Positions 1 through 9,630 of a stretch of 64,000 nt of DNA are shown piece by piece (position 1 is the first letter of the stretch; the number at the start of each line of letters is the position of its first letter). The DNA comes from Candidatus Bathyarchaeota archaeon (GTDB lineage Archaea > Thermoproteota > Bathyarchaeia > TCS64): assembly GCA_043826455.1 (NCBI GenBank), contig JBDRQD010000015.1, forward strand, positions 233,353 to 297,352. Direction: 5' to 3'. The notes under the pieces were generated by a model. It did not search any database. It saw only the letters and a list, made by a program, of their open reading frames with translations, and was not told the DNA's origin. The translations under genes were made by a program, and so were the position numbers.

Positions 1-60
1 AGTGGCTCCCTGTATCTCCAGGCGCTCGATCTTCCCCGCGGTGTCAGTTATCCACTTCAA
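1..60 (-). CDS. 5' fragment of an eIF-2B-like isomerase (ribose-1,5-bisphosphate / methylthioribose-1-phosphate isomerase family); runs off the window edge
   Basis: Manual translation from TTG at 60 gives MKWITDTAGKIERLEIQGAT; I-x-x-L-E-I-Q-G-A matches the N-terminal motif of this family. Only 20 codons are visible. Confidence 0.6.
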   Translation of the reverse strand, partial: MKWITDTAGKIERLEIQGAT

Positions 61-180
61 GGCCCATCAAATGATCAGGAGCCGCCTCCGTTTTTAAGAC
101 TTGGCGAGACTCCAAATCCACATACATTTTGTTGTGCGTATTATTGAGGGAGAGTTGTCATCTGAGGAGGAATGATGAAG

Positions 181-193
181 GAAACCTTTATAA
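181..193 (+). promoter_or_regulatory. Putative BRE/TATA promoter of tfb
   Basis: GAAACC followed by TTTATAA upstream of the tfb start. Confidence 0.45.
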
Positions 194-268
194 GCGGCCG
201 TTCGGAATCAAACTACAAGAAGTATGGGTAAAATACCCATAATATGTGGTTTTTAACAGCAAACCAAG

Positions 269-1228
269 GTGAATGAGATGAAAAACAACAACATCCAGGA
301 AGAGGAGACTAACTCCTGCCCGTCATGCGGGGGCACGAGGATAGTCAGTGACAGGGTCACAGGCGAGAAGGTGTGCGCACAGTGCGGCATGGTGGTCACA
401 GACACTGAACTGAACACGGGCCCAGAGTACAGGGTATTCAACCTCCAGGAGGAGGACCGCAGAAGAACCGGGACAGGGTACAGCTACACGCTCTACGACA
501 AGGGGCTCTCCACGGTCATCAAGGGCGACAGGGACGCCCAGGGCAACAGGCTCGACTACGAGACCCAGCGGCGGATGAGGCGGCTCCAGCGCCAGGACAA
601 CCGCAGCAAAGTCAACGAGACCCAGGCCAGGAACCTGAGTATAGCCATGTCGGAGCTGGACAGGATGAGTTCAGAGCTCCACCTACCTAATAGCGTTAAG
701 GAGCAGGCCGCCTTCGTGTACAGGAGGGCCCTAAAGAAGGACCTGATCAGGGGTCGGAGCATTGATGCCTTCGTTGCAGCCAGCGTCTACGCGGCGTGTA
801 GAGTCCTGAAGGTGCCCAGACCACTGAAGGTTATAACGGCGGCCAGCCCAAGGGAGCACAGCGAAGTGGCCATGACCTACAGGCTTCTGCTAAAGGAGCT
901 GAAGATACGGCCCCCGGTGGATGGTCCATACAAGTTTGTCCCCAGCATAGCGTCTAAGCTGAACGTTAGGCAGCCTACTGAGAGGCTGGCCGTCGAGATA
1001 CTCCGAAAGGCCGCCGAGAAGAAAGGTCTTACGGGAAAGGACCCGAGAGGCCTGGCAGCAGCCGCCCTCTACATGGCCTGTCAGGAGAACAACGACCGGC
1101 GCGTACAGAGGGTGATAGCTGAGGCCGCGGGCACCACAGAGGTCACCCTGCGCAACAGGTATCGTGGTCTCAAGGAGGTCCTAGACGATCTGCCTGAGCT
1201 GGACGTTCCGGCCCCGGTCGTCCATTAA
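269..1228 (+). CDS. tfb: Transcription initiation factor IIB (TFB)
   Basis: Zn ribbon CPSC...CAQC, GPEYRVF B-reader, DKGLST, two cyclin repeats (LIRGRSI, GKDPRGLAAAALY, TEVTLRNRY). Start may be ATG 272 or 278. Confidence 0.97.
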   Translation: MNEMKNNNIQEEETNSCPSCGGTRIVSDRVTGEKVCAQCGMVVTDTELNTGPEYRVFNLQEEDRRRTGTGYSYTLYDKGLSTVIKGDRDAQGNRLDYETQRRMRRLQRQDNRSKVNETQARNLSIAMSELDRMSSELHLPNSVKEQAAFVYRRALKKDLIRGRSIDAFVAASVYAACRVLKVPRPLKVITAASPREHSEVAMTYRLLLKELKIRPPVDGPYKFVPSIASKLNVRQPTERLAVEILRKAAEKKGLTGKDPRGLAAAALYMACQENNDRRVQRVIAEAAGTTEVTLRNRYRGLKEVLDDLPELDVPAPVVH

Positions 1229-1262
1229 AACATCAAGTTTTTTCATCTAGCCCTTTTCCTAT

Positions 1263-2435
1263 ATGGGTATGCTTCAGGCTCAGTCCAGGGAACGGTCTCT
1301 CCTACTGCTGATGGTAACTCAGCTCTCCACGGGCTTCAGCATGGGCATCATCGAGCCCATTCTGAGTCTCTACGTCAGGAGCCGAGGCCTCACCATCATG
1401 GAGGTGGGCCTCCTAGGGACCGCGTCCATGCTGGGCTGGTTCATTTTCGAGCCCATAATGGGGGTCGTGGCCGACAGCGTCAGGAAACGCACCATGATGG
1501 TGGTAGCAATAATCGGCGCCACAGTCATCTACGCAGTGTACCCATTCGCCACGACCCTGACCCACTTCGCACTACTGGGGTTTGCACGCAGTTCTGTGAT
1601 GTCCGCCTACTCGATCCCCGTCAAGGCACTCACGGCCGAGCTCCTACCCCGCCAGGACCGAGGACGGGCCTACGGACGCTTCATGACTGTGGTGAGCCTG
1701 GGAGGGATGATAGCCCCTTTGATCGGTGGGTTCATCTCCCAGGCGTCAGGCTACCTTGTCCCATTCTACGCCTCGGCCGCCGTCGGCCTCGTCGGGTTGA
1801 CAGCCATAACGGCCATAAGGCACGACGACAGGCCCCAGGAGGGCGGCGCAGCGCTGAGGGGGTGGAGGGATATCCTCACTGCGCCCGTGCTCAGCGTGTT
1901 CAGCGTCAGGGGCATCTTCTTCGTGAACTCCGGGTTCCGCTCCAGCTTCCTCCCCATATACCTCAACGAGTCACCCCTCTTCAACGCCTCCGAGGCACAG
2001 ATAGGGGCCTTCTTCACCCTGGTAAGGCTCTCCGGCGCCGTGAGCAGATCCATGATAGGCGACCTGTGTGACAGGCTCGGCAACAGGCTGATGATAGTGG
2101 CCTCGGTGGCCATGCTCGGGGTGAGCTACGGGGCCCTGCTTATTGGTGGAGGCGTTTGGGTCATGTACGCAGTAGCCTTGGTGCAGGGCGTCTCTATGGC
2201 CGCGGCCGACACGGGCATGATGCTTCACCTCATCTCCGTCATGCCGGCGGGGAGAACCGGGGTGGTCATGGGGATGTACAGCGAGGCCGAGAACATCGGC
2301 GGACTGATCTCGACGCCCACCCTGGGCTACCTTTACGAGAACATCGGGGCAGGCTCATCGCTGGCAGCGGTGGCCGCCGCCATGTGCCTGAACGCGTTAC
2401 TGGCTTATCTGGTGATAAGGAAGAAGGAGGACTAG
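1263..2435 (+). CDS. MFS transporter (DHA1-like)
   Basis: About 12 hydrophobic segments; motif A-like GVVADSVRKR and GDLCDRLGNR. Confidence 0.9.
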   Translation: MGMLQAQSRERSLLLLMVTQLSTGFSMGIIEPILSLYVRSRGLTIMEVGLLGTASMLGWFIFEPIMGVVADSVRKRTMMVVAIIGATVIYAVYPFATTLTHFALLGFARSSVMSAYSIPVKALTAELLPRQDRGRAYGRFMTVVSLGGMIAPLIGGFISQASGYLVPFYASAAVGLVGLTAITAIRHDDRPQEGGAALRGWRDILTAPVLSVFSVRGIFFVNSGFRSSFLPIYLNESPLFNASEAQIGAFFTLVRLSGAVSRSMIGDLCDRLGNRLMIVASVAMLGVSYGALLIGGGVWVMYAVALVQGVSMAAADTGMMLHLISVMPAGRTGVVMGMYSEAENIGGLISTPTLGYLYENIGAGSSLAAVAAAMCLNALLAYLVIRKKED

Positions 2436-3151
2436 GCGCCCTTGGGCAGGTGTATAGCTATCCTGCAGACGTCATCCCCGTGCATCACCGTCTCCAGGAC
2501 CTCCACCTCCACAGGCTCCCCTAAGATGTACTCCCAGATGCCCTTGTAGAACCCTGAGCCGCAGTAGCAGTAGGTCTTGCTCAGGGGCTCACCTCCGTCC
2601 TTGATTATGTCCCTTACCCTGGGGCAGTGACAGTAGTGGAACCTCCTGGCTTCGGGGTCCTCCTCGGCCCAGTAGGCGGGCCAGTCGAAGGGCATCTTGG
2701 TTGCTATGATGGTGCTCCCCTTGCGTACACCCGCCACGCCCCAGCCCCTCTCCTCTATGCCTTCGACCTCCTCGTCGCTCAGATTCAGGAAGCCCTTGGT
2801 GTTCTCCAGGAACTGCTCCTGAAGCATGACGTGGACCCTGTCGATGTCCCCCGTCTCCCGATAGACGCTTCTCATCTCAGCGAGCCGGGGCTTAGGGTAC
2901 TGGCACGCGCACCCGGTCATGACGTCAGCCGCCTTCCCAGGGTCTATCTTCTCAAGGCGGCCCAGTAGGGCTCTCGTCCACTCGATGACCTGGGGGCCGG
3001 TGTCCTCGGGTTGGTGTTCGGCGCCCTCCATGACGCTCTCGGCGTGGTCCGGGAGGCGCTCCTCCAGGCACCTGTTGAGCTTGGCGAGCCACTGTTTCTC
3101 GAATCCGGGACTCGGACCCCCCTTCTCGAAGTCGTACTGGTCTGCTGGCAT
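2432..3151 (-). CDS. Cys-rich V4R-like protein (DUF6144-like)
   Basis: CACQY, YCHCPRV, TYCYCGSGF, VEVEVLETVMHGDDVCRIAI; paralogous to 15074-15649. Confidence 0.7.
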   Translation of the reverse strand: MPADQYDFEKGGPSPGFEKQWLAKLNRCLEERLPDHAESVMEGAEHQPEDTGPQVIEWTRALLGRLEKIDPGKAADVMTGCACQYPKPRLAEMRSVYRETGDIDRVHVMLQEQFLENTKGFLNLSDEEVEGIEERGWGVAGVRKGSTIIATKMPFDWPAYWAEEDPEARRFHYCHCPRVRDIIKDGGEPLSKTYCYCGSGFYKGIWEYILGEPVEVEVLETVMHGDDVCRIAIHLPKGA

Positions 3152-3239
3152 GTGTGCTCCTTACGTCTCCGGTTGTTAAAGTGTTTGTACTGAGGTTTTA
3201 CGTTTTTTCATGATCCTTCTTAGGGCTCATTGAGAGCCC

Positions 3240-4382
3240 TCAAATACCCTTGTTGTCGATGACCGCCACTTGTAGCACAGCCGCAGCCAGGAACCCCACA
3301 AGCCCCAGGGCGAAGATCACGTTCCTCCAGCCCGCAGCCATGAGCAGTAGGCCCCCCAAGCCGGTCCCCAGAGCGTACCCCAGGTTCGTGGCCACACTAC
3401 TCACACTCGTCATGGTCCCCCTCTGGCCCGGGGACTGCTCCAGGATGAGGGCGTTGAAGGCGCTGAACCTGAAGGAGTCAAAGAGGTGCCCGACGAGGAT
3501 GAAGGCCACGCACGTCCACAGGGACGGGGCGGCCCCCATGAGCAAGGTGAAGAGGCTGAAGCCGGCCACCCCCAAGATGGTCACATTCTTCCTACCAAAC
3601 CTGTTCACCAAGCCTCCGGTGACGTAGCTGCCCGGCATGAAGAAGAGAGCGGTGGCCGCGTACACCAGCCCCGTGGTGGCCACGGAGGCGCCGTGCCACT
3701 CCTGCAGGTAGCTAAAGCTGTACAGGTAGAGGCCCTGAATGGAGGCGTTGGCCAGCACCACGGCGAGGAGACAGAACAAGGCTGACGCGCTCCCAGCGAT
3801 CTCCCTGAAGCCGGTTAGTAGGCCAACCTTCTCCGTCCTCAGCGGCGTCGATGGCAGCCACCGCAGGCACGCTATTAGCCCCATGGCCGACATGGTCCCG
3901 GCGAAGGCCAAGAAGGGGAGCCTCCACCCGCCCACGCCTGCTATGAAGCTGGTCAGGGCGCCCCCGATGAGGAAGCCGAAGCCCCCGGCCACGCCCAGGT
4001 ACCCGAGCACGTATCCTCTGCGCTCCAGCGGGTAGTACTCCGCCACCAGCGTGTTGGTCATGGGGAAGACCATGGCGACCCCGAGGCCGCTCAGCCCCAC
4101 TGCCAGCGTCAGAGCCTCCAGGTCCGGGGCCAGGAACCCGCCCAGGCTCGACGCCAGTAGCAGGGCGAGCCCCGCCTGTAGGATGCGCCTTGGCTGGTGC
4201 CTGGTGGCGAGGGCGCCGACGGCCAGCCCCCCGATGATGGCCGCAACACTTGATGCAGTCCTCATCTGGGCGGCTACCGCCACGGGCACTCCCAGGCTCT
4301 GGCTGATCTCCACCAGAAGGACGCTGGTGACTATGATTATGGGGTACGTGCTGAAGCTGGATGCGAGAAGCGCCGGCAACAC
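3240..4382 (-). CDS. MFS transporter
   Basis: Multiple TM segments; GGLVNRFGRK motif; start uncertain. Confidence 0.88.
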   Translation of the reverse strand: MLPALLASSFSTYPIIIVTSVLLVEISQSLGVPVAVAAQMRTASSVAAIIGGLAVGALATRHQPRRILQAGLALLLASSLGGFLAPDLEALTLAVGLSGLGVAMVFPMTNTLVAEYYPLERRGYVLGYLGVAGGFGFLIGGALTSFIAGVGGWRLPFLAFAGTMSAMGLIACLRWLPSTPLRTEKVGLLTGFREIAGSASALFCLLAVVLANASIQGLYLYSFSYLQEWHGASVATTGLVYAATALFFMPGSYVTGGLVNRFGRKNVTILGVAGFSLFTLLMGAAPSLWTCVAFILVGHLFDSFRFSAFNALILEQSPGQRGTMTSVSSVATNLGYALGTGLGGLLLMAAGWRNVIFALGLVGFLAAAVLQVAVIDNKGI

Positions 4383-4581
4383 GAGTTTGTCTTTCTCCGT
4401 GAACTCCGCCCTTCACCTTCATAACATGTTGGCGTTGTTATCATTTTCCTACATCCACCTGTATTGGAAACGTTTTGGTGGGCTATTGGTTTAAACCCAA
4501 TACCGGCTCCTTTTCGGTGAAAGAGGCGTAAAAAGGGATTATCCAGAAAGACGTATATTTCCCCACACACCCCATGGTTGC

Positions 4582-5427
4582 ATGACTCCCCAGTTCATCG
4601 CTGAGGCGCTGCTGATAGCCCTGGGCTCAGGCTTCCTGGGCGCACTCCTGGGTCTGGGCGGCGGCGTGATCATGGTCCCCATCCTGGTGTTCGTCCTGGG
4701 GCTCCCCATCCACATCGCCGCCGGGGCCAGCATAGTGGCGGTGGTTGCAACCAGCAGCGCCTCGGCCAGCGTCTACGTGAGAGACGAGATCACCAACATG
4801 CGGCTGGGCATGTTCCTGGAGCTGGCCACGACCCTGGGAGCCGTCACGGGAGCCGGGCTCATGGCGGGCGCCAGCGAGTCGGCCCTGAAGACGGTGTTCG
4901 GGGCGACCCTCCTCTACGCCTCGGGGGTGATGTGGCACCAGATGAGAAGCACGGGGAGGAGCTGGGTTCCCATGCCCAACGACCATGTGGCCGAGAGGCT
5001 GAAGCTGGGCAGCAGCTACTATGACGCTGCCCGTGGGGAGGAGATCAGCTACGGCGTGTCCAGGTCTCTACCCACCTTTGTCATCAGCTACATAGCCGGG
5101 GTGGTCTCTGGCCTCCTAGGCATCGGGGGAGGAGGCATCAAGGTGCCCGCCATGAACGTGGTTAGTGGTGTGCCCATGAAGGCGGCCGTGGCCACCAGCA
5201 ACTTCATGATAGGGGTCACGGCCGCGGCCAGCGCCCTGGTCTACATCAGGCACGGGTTCGTCGACAGCTTCGTCACGGCGCCGGTGGTGCTGGGGACCCT
5301 GGCCGGGAGCCTAATCGGAGCACGGGTGGCCCTGCGGGTCCGGGGCGTAGTCTTGAAGAGGGTGTTCATAGTCTTGCTGCTGTTGCTGGGACTCAGGATG
5401 ATGGCCTCGGGGGTGGGGCTGATATGA
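4582..5427 (+). CDS. Sulfite exporter TauE/SafE family protein
   Basis: Duplicated GALLGLGGG / SGLLGIGGG motifs; KAAVATSNFMIGVTAA. Confidence 0.93.
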   Translation: MTPQFIAEALLIALGSGFLGALLGLGGGVIMVPILVFVLGLPIHIAAGASIVAVVATSSASASVYVRDEITNMRLGMFLELATTLGAVTGAGLMAGASESALKTVFGATLLYASGVMWHQMRSTGRSWVPMPNDHVAERLKLGSSYYDAARGEEISYGVSRSLPTFVISYIAGVVSGLLGIGGGGIKVPAMNVVSGVPMKAAVATSNFMIGVTAAASALVYIRHGFVDSFVTAPVVLGTLAGSLIGARVALRVRGVVLKRVFIVLLLLLGLRMMASGVGLI

Positions 5428-5765
5428 GCATTCGCAGGATGGAGCTCTTCGTGTCCAGGCTACTCCGCCTCGGCGTCCTCTTGTGCGGAGTCACCATGGC
5501 CCTGGGCCTAGGCCTGCTCTGGTGGTCGGGAGACACCAGCAGCCCCTTCGGCGTCCTGTCCGTTGACTGGGTTCTGCTGGGTGACCCGTTCCTTCAGCCA
5601 AGCCACGTGCTGTTCCTGGGGTTCCTTATCCTGGTGGCGACGCCGGTAATGAGGGTCGCCGCCAGCGTCGCCAACTACGTCTCTGAGGGGGACTGGGTCT
5701 ACGCGGCCATCACGGGGACAGTGCTCGTCATTCTGGTGGCGGGCATGTTCCTGGGTCTAGGATGA
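5424..5765 (+). CDS. DUF1634 family membrane protein (usual TauE partner)
   Basis: LLRLGV...LILVATPVMRVAAS...D..YAAIT; ATGA overlap with tauE. Confidence 0.85.
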   Translation: MSIRRMELFVSRLLRLGVLLCGVTMALGLGLLWWSGDTSSPFGVLSVDWVLLGDPFLQPSHVLFLGFLILVATPVMRVAASVANYVSEGDWVYAAITGTVLVILVAGMFLGLG

Positions 5766-5829
5766 CCGGCTGACAGAGCCAGAACATCTCCTAGTAAAGA
5801 AAGGATGCGTGTAGAAGGTACCTGAAGTG

Positions 5830-6075
5830 TCAGAAGGCTGGAGCCATCCCAATGCCTGGCACGGCCAGAGCATAGCTCTGGGTGGCCGCCTCGTAGATGA
5901 CTGCTCCCTGGGCAACGAGCTCACTGAGGGCCGCCCTTATCTGCCTCCTGGTGAGTGTGACGTGGAACTGGAGGTCCTCGACCCTGGCCCTGCCCTCCTC
6001 AAGGATGAGGGCGAGGGTTACCTTGTCGGAGTTGGTGATCCTGCGGATGTGCTCCATACGATATCGCTGCGACAT
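5830..6075 (-). CDS. Small winged-helix DNA-binding protein
   Basis: HTH/wing pattern VEDLQFHVTLTRRQIRAALSELVAQGAV. Confidence 0.6.
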   Translation of the reverse strand: MSQRYRMEHIRRITNSDKVTLALILEEGRARVEDLQFHVTLTRRQIRAALSELVAQGAVIYEAATQSYALAVPGIGMAPAF

Positions 6076-6185
6076 TGTCTCGCACCTTCAATATAACCTT
6101 AACGCTTTCTGTCGAACCTATGTTCTACGATTGACGAAGTCAGGCTGGTAAACGGTAAAAGCCCCCGGGGCACCTATACCCTGGC

Positions 6186-6650
6186 ATGAGCGAGTACGAG
6201 GCGAAGCTGAAGACCTACATCAGGGAACACGGAATAGACGCCCGGCACCTATCCTTCAACCAGTCCACACACTCAGTTGAGGATGCGTCCAGGGCCGTAG
6301 GCGCAGAGCCGCAGGGCTTCGTCAAGAGCATCTGCATGATCGCCGGGGACGGCGACCTCGTGGTGGCCATCGTGAAGGGGGAGGACCGCGCCAGCACCAG
6401 CAGGGTCTCCAAGGCCCTGGGCGTCGAGGGTGTCAGGGTCGCCAGGCCCGAGGAGATACTGGAGAAGACCGGTTACCCCGTGGGCGGGACCCCCGCCTTC
6501 GGGTATCCGGCCACCTTCCTCATGGACCCCAGGGTCATGGAGTGGAGCCACGTCTACTCTGGGGGAGGCTCCGACACCGCCCTCACGTACATGTCTACTG
6601 GGGAGATGCTGAGAGCCAACGACGGCAAAGTGGTGAGGGTGAGAAAGTAG
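6186..6650 (+). CDS. YbaK/EbsC/ProX aminoacyl-tRNA deacylase family
   Basis: FVKSI conserved Lys; TGYPVGGTPAFG GxxxP loop. Confidence 0.92.
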   Translation: MSEYEAKLKTYIREHGIDARHLSFNQSTHSVEDASRAVGAEPQGFVKSICMIAGDGDLVVAIVKGEDRASTSRVSKALGVEGVRVARPEEILEKTGYPVGGTPAFGYPATFLMDPRVMEWSHVYSGGGSDTALTYMSTGEMLRANDGKVVRVRK

Positions 6651-6665
6651 ACGCCCCGGTCTACC

Positions 6666-7355
6666 TCACTTTTCGTGACTCAAGTTTGACTCTATTTTTC
6701 TGATTCTTGACTCGATGAACTCAACGTAGTATTCATGACCCTTGTCCGGCTTCCTGTTCTTCACATATGACTCATAGATATCTGTGGCTTGCTTATCGTC
6801 CACAGCCTTCAAAGCATCCAGAACGGCTTGTTTGCTGATGCCCTCTGCGCCACTGATCAACGCCATGAGGCGGCACACCTCCCCCGCCACGACGGGTGCC
6901 ATGTCTGGCCTATCCTTGATCAGTTCATCTAACTTGGAGAGGCGCTCCGTCCTCCATCTTATGAGGGCATCCATGTCGTAGCGGGGTAAAAGGTGGGCTA
7001 CCTCCTCTCCGTAGACCACTTCGTGGTTCTCCAGGAAGTCGTGCAGGTATATGGTCAGGAACTTGAAGCCGTAGCCCATGTTCAATGGGTCCCGGAGGTT
7101 CTCCAGCCGCTCCCAGGGCAGGTCGAGGAGCTTGTGCCCGACGCCCTCGACGCAGCCTCCGATGATTTCATGCAGGCGGACCATGTCGGGGGCCTCGTCC
7201 CCTACTATCACCAGGATGTCCAGGTCGCTGAGCCCTGGGACGAAGTCTCCCCTGATGTAGGAGCCGAAGAGCACGAGGGAGTGTATCTTGGACAACTCCG
7301 GATCAACAGTGATCCTCCTCCTGATACATTCCTTGAACGACACGCCGGTCACCAA
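6666..7355 (-). CDS. Pol-beta superfamily nucleotidyltransferase with C-terminal helical domain
   Basis: LVLFGSYIRGDFVPGLSDLDILVIV (hGS...DhD). Confidence 0.85.
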   Translation of the reverse strand: MVTGVSFKECIRRRITVDPELSKIHSLVLFGSYIRGDFVPGLSDLDILVIVGDEAPDMVRLHEIIGGCVEGVGHKLLDLPWERLENLRDPLNMGYGFKFLTIYLHDFLENHEVVYGEEVAHLLPRYDMDALIRWRTERLSKLDELIKDRPDMAPVVAGEVCRLMALISGAEGISKQAVLDALKAVDDKQATDIYESYVKNRKPDKGHEYYVEFIESRIRKIESNLSHEK

Positions 7356-7427
7356 TGCAACAGTGTATTTTTTAAGTCCTTTCTCGGTTCCATGGGCTTC
7401 GGCTTATTGATTATCTCGTCATTTAAT

Positions 7428-7435
7428 AAAAAAAA
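7428..7435 (-). terminator. Putative oligo-U terminator of the four-gene membrane operon
   Basis: A8 on + (T8 on -) about 15 nt after the stop at 7450. Confidence 0.5.
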
Positions 7436-7449
7436 GTGGGTTTAAGTCT

Positions 7450-8127
7450 CTAGCGTCCACTGTACCACTTGATCTTCTTCGTGTAGTAACCGTAGCCTAG
7501 GCCTAGGATCACCAGCAGCAGCATGACGTAAGTGTAGATGGCGACTTCGGGCCTCAGCATGTCCACGAGCCGACCGATTACCAGTTCGAACCTGAAGCTG
7601 ACGGTCTGTCCGTAGGTTACGCCGAAGGCCGCCAGCAGGAATATACGCCCTGTATGGTTAACGTACTTGTAGGGTCCCTCTGTCTGTGCCGTGAAGATGA
7701 AGTAGGCGGCGGCCGTGACCGTCCCGATCACCATCACCAGGTTGTCGAGGCTGGTCAGCGGCAGTATGGTTGCGTTTATCTGCCCCAGGAAGTCCGCCAT
7801 GACGCTCGTCCTTATGGCCAGGCCGAGGCCCGCGCCGACCGTCACAGCTACAGGGTACCTTGACAGCCAGAGCCACTCCGTCTTGAGCCTGGAGAACAGC
7901 ATCACGCAGAGGAGTATGGCTGCTATGTACACGTAGTTGCCTTGGAATACAGTGTTGATGGCGTTGGTCCTGACGTAGTTCCAGTTGGTGGCGAAGATGA
8001 AGCCACCCAGGATGCCCATGTAGAGGTTCTCGGTGAACTTGCTCAGCGGGTTGTCGCCTATCAGCACAGAGTACGCGCCTATGGACACGAAGGAGCCTGC
8101 GATGAGTCCGAGTAAGAAGCTGTCCAT
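7450..8127 (-). CDS. Uncharacterised polytopic membrane protein (operon gene 4)
   Basis: About 7 hydrophobic segments; DNPLSKFTENLYMG, GRIFLLAAFGVTYG; TAATG overlap with the upstream gene. Confidence 0.85.
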   Translation of the reverse strand: MDSFLLGLIAGSFVSIGAYSVLIGDNPLSKFTENLYMGILGGFIFATNWNYVRTNAINTVFQGNYVYIAAILLCVMLFSRLKTEWLWLSRYPVAVTVGAGLGLAIRTSVMADFLGQINATILPLTSLDNLVMVIGTVTAAAYFIFTAQTEGPYKYVNHTGRIFLLAAFGVTYGQTVSFRFELVIGRLVDMLRPEVAIYTYVMLLLVILGLGYGYYTKKIKWYSGR

Positions 8128-8969
8128 TACTTAGCCCCCTCCTCCTTTCTCGCTATGAAGTACAGTACGTTGCCTAGGACCACCAGGAACGCCCAGAGTA
8201 GTCCTCCGAAGTTTGTAGCCATGGCCTGCCCCAGAGCGAGACCAGGCATGCCCATCAGGTACTCGTACTCGGCTGAGCCTCTGACCCCACCGATGATGCC
8301 AACCATCTGGCCCGAGTTGATGTAGGGCGTGTAGTTGGGCACCTCGTTGGTGGTGCACATCCCGGTCATGGGAATGCCGAAGGGCGTGACTATCTGTCTT
8401 ACTCCGAAGGGTATGCTGCCCTCTGAGCCTCCCCACCAGAAGACCGCGGCGAAATCAGATGCCATGTTGATGTTCCTCATAAGAGGTATCTGGTCTATGG
8501 CTGTCCCGAAGTGATCCTCCGTCTTCACACTCCGTATGTCGTTTGCGAAGGCTGCTACGCCTGACTCTCCGCCCGGGACGTAGCCCATGTGGACCCAGTT
8601 CACGCCGTTCTCGGCTGCGACCCCGGAGGGAAGTTTTTCTAGTCCATTATTGATGGCTGTCACGGTCCACGCGGCCGTCTCCGTGCCTATGCTGAAGAAA
8701 ACTAGTTTGACGTCCTTCTTCAGCAGGTGCACGATCTGCACTTCCAGACCTGGGCCGCCCTGAGGGTAGGTGGCTGCTCCTAATCCGCCCTCTATGAGGA
8801 CGACGGAGCCTGCGGGTATGGCGTCGGCGAACTCGAAGGAATCCCGGGAGTACTGCTGAATATCCATGGGGAGTATAATCGGGTTAAGTATTGGGAAGGC
8901 CAGCGCGATGAACATCAACGCGAAGATGATCCTCTGGTCGAGCGCCAGCATCTTATCCATCAGACTCAT
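8127..8969 (-). CDS. Uncharacterised protein with N- and C-terminal TM helices around a soluble alpha/beta domain (operon gene 3)
   Basis: DQRIIFALMF TM, GVNWVHMGYVPGGE, PYINSGQMVGIIGGVRGSAEYE, C-terminal TM; ATGA overlap. Confidence 0.85.
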   Translation of the reverse strand: MSLMDKMLALDQRIIFALMFIALAFPILNPIILPMDIQQYSRDSFEFADAIPAGSVVLIEGGLGAATYPQGGPGLEVQIVHLLKKDVKLVFFSIGTETAAWTVTAINNGLEKLPSGVAAENGVNWVHMGYVPGGESGVAAFANDIRSVKTEDHFGTAIDQIPLMRNINMASDFAAVFWWGGSEGSIPFGVRQIVTPFGIPMTGMCTTNEVPNYTPYINSGQMVGIIGGVRGSAEYEYLMGMPGLALGQAMATNFGGLLWAFLVVLGNVLYFIARKEEGAK

Positions 8970-9619
8970 TCTGATTCCCTCCTCTCTTCCCTGATCCCAA
9001 GGTGCTCCTTCTGTCTACCCATGAACACCCTGACGCCCAGACCCATGATTCCTAGGCTTGTGCCTATGATCATCCCCCTGAACCCGGCTCCACTCGGGAT
9101 GTTCCTTATCCATGTACCTAATGGTAAGACGGGCGGGAACAGTATGGCGCCGATGGGTATGAGCATCAGAAGTATCACCAGGGCACACACGAGCAACACA
9201 GCCGAGTTCCAGTTCCTGGCTCTCAGGACCCTGTAGGCGGCGGACGTGATGTAGAAGGCGGTAAGCGAGTACAGGGCCGCTCCGATGGGCGACGTCATGT
9301 TGTTATAGATCCAAAGGAAAGTAGTGTCCCGTACATCGAGGACGCCTAGCCCCGCGGTTATGACGAAGGCCAGCACGTAGACGATGCTGTAGTACCACTC
9401 GCTTTTCCTTGTCCCTATCTTTTTACTGTGGTATATGGTGAGCACGATGGTGCCCAGGATCAGGGCTGCGGCCGAGATAATGGTCACGAAGGACCGGAGC
9501 GTCACGTTCAAGCTCGTCACGGGTGCGGGCATCGGGAAGAAGAACTCGATGATCATCAACAGCCCGATTATGGCGGTAAGTATTACCGGGATCTGCATTT
9601 TAACTAATCTTTCAGACAC
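8966..9619 (-). CDS. Uncharacterised polytopic membrane protein (operon gene 2)
   Basis: About 6 TM; YSLTAFYITSAAYRVLRARN, PSGAGFRGMIIG; SD GAGGTGA upstream of the GTG start. Confidence 0.85.
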   Translation of the reverse strand: MSERLVKMQIPVILTAIIGLLMIIEFFFPMPAPVTSLNVTLRSFVTIISAAALILGTIVLTIYHSKKIGTRKSEWYYSIVYVLAFVITAGLGVLDVRDTTFLWIYNNMTSPIGAALYSLTAFYITSAAYRVLRARNWNSAVLLVCALVILLMLIPIGAILFPPVLPLGTWIRNIPSGAGFRGMIIGTSLGIMGLGVRVFMGRQKEHLGIREERRESE

Positions 9620-9630
9620 TTCATCTCACC

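Noticed and set aside
4383..4422. Possible 1-nt frameshift at the 5' end of the MFS gene (GTG AAG G GCG GAG TTC)
   Set aside because: The in-frame GTG at 4382 already gives a near full-length MFS; the frameshift cannot be supported without homologues.
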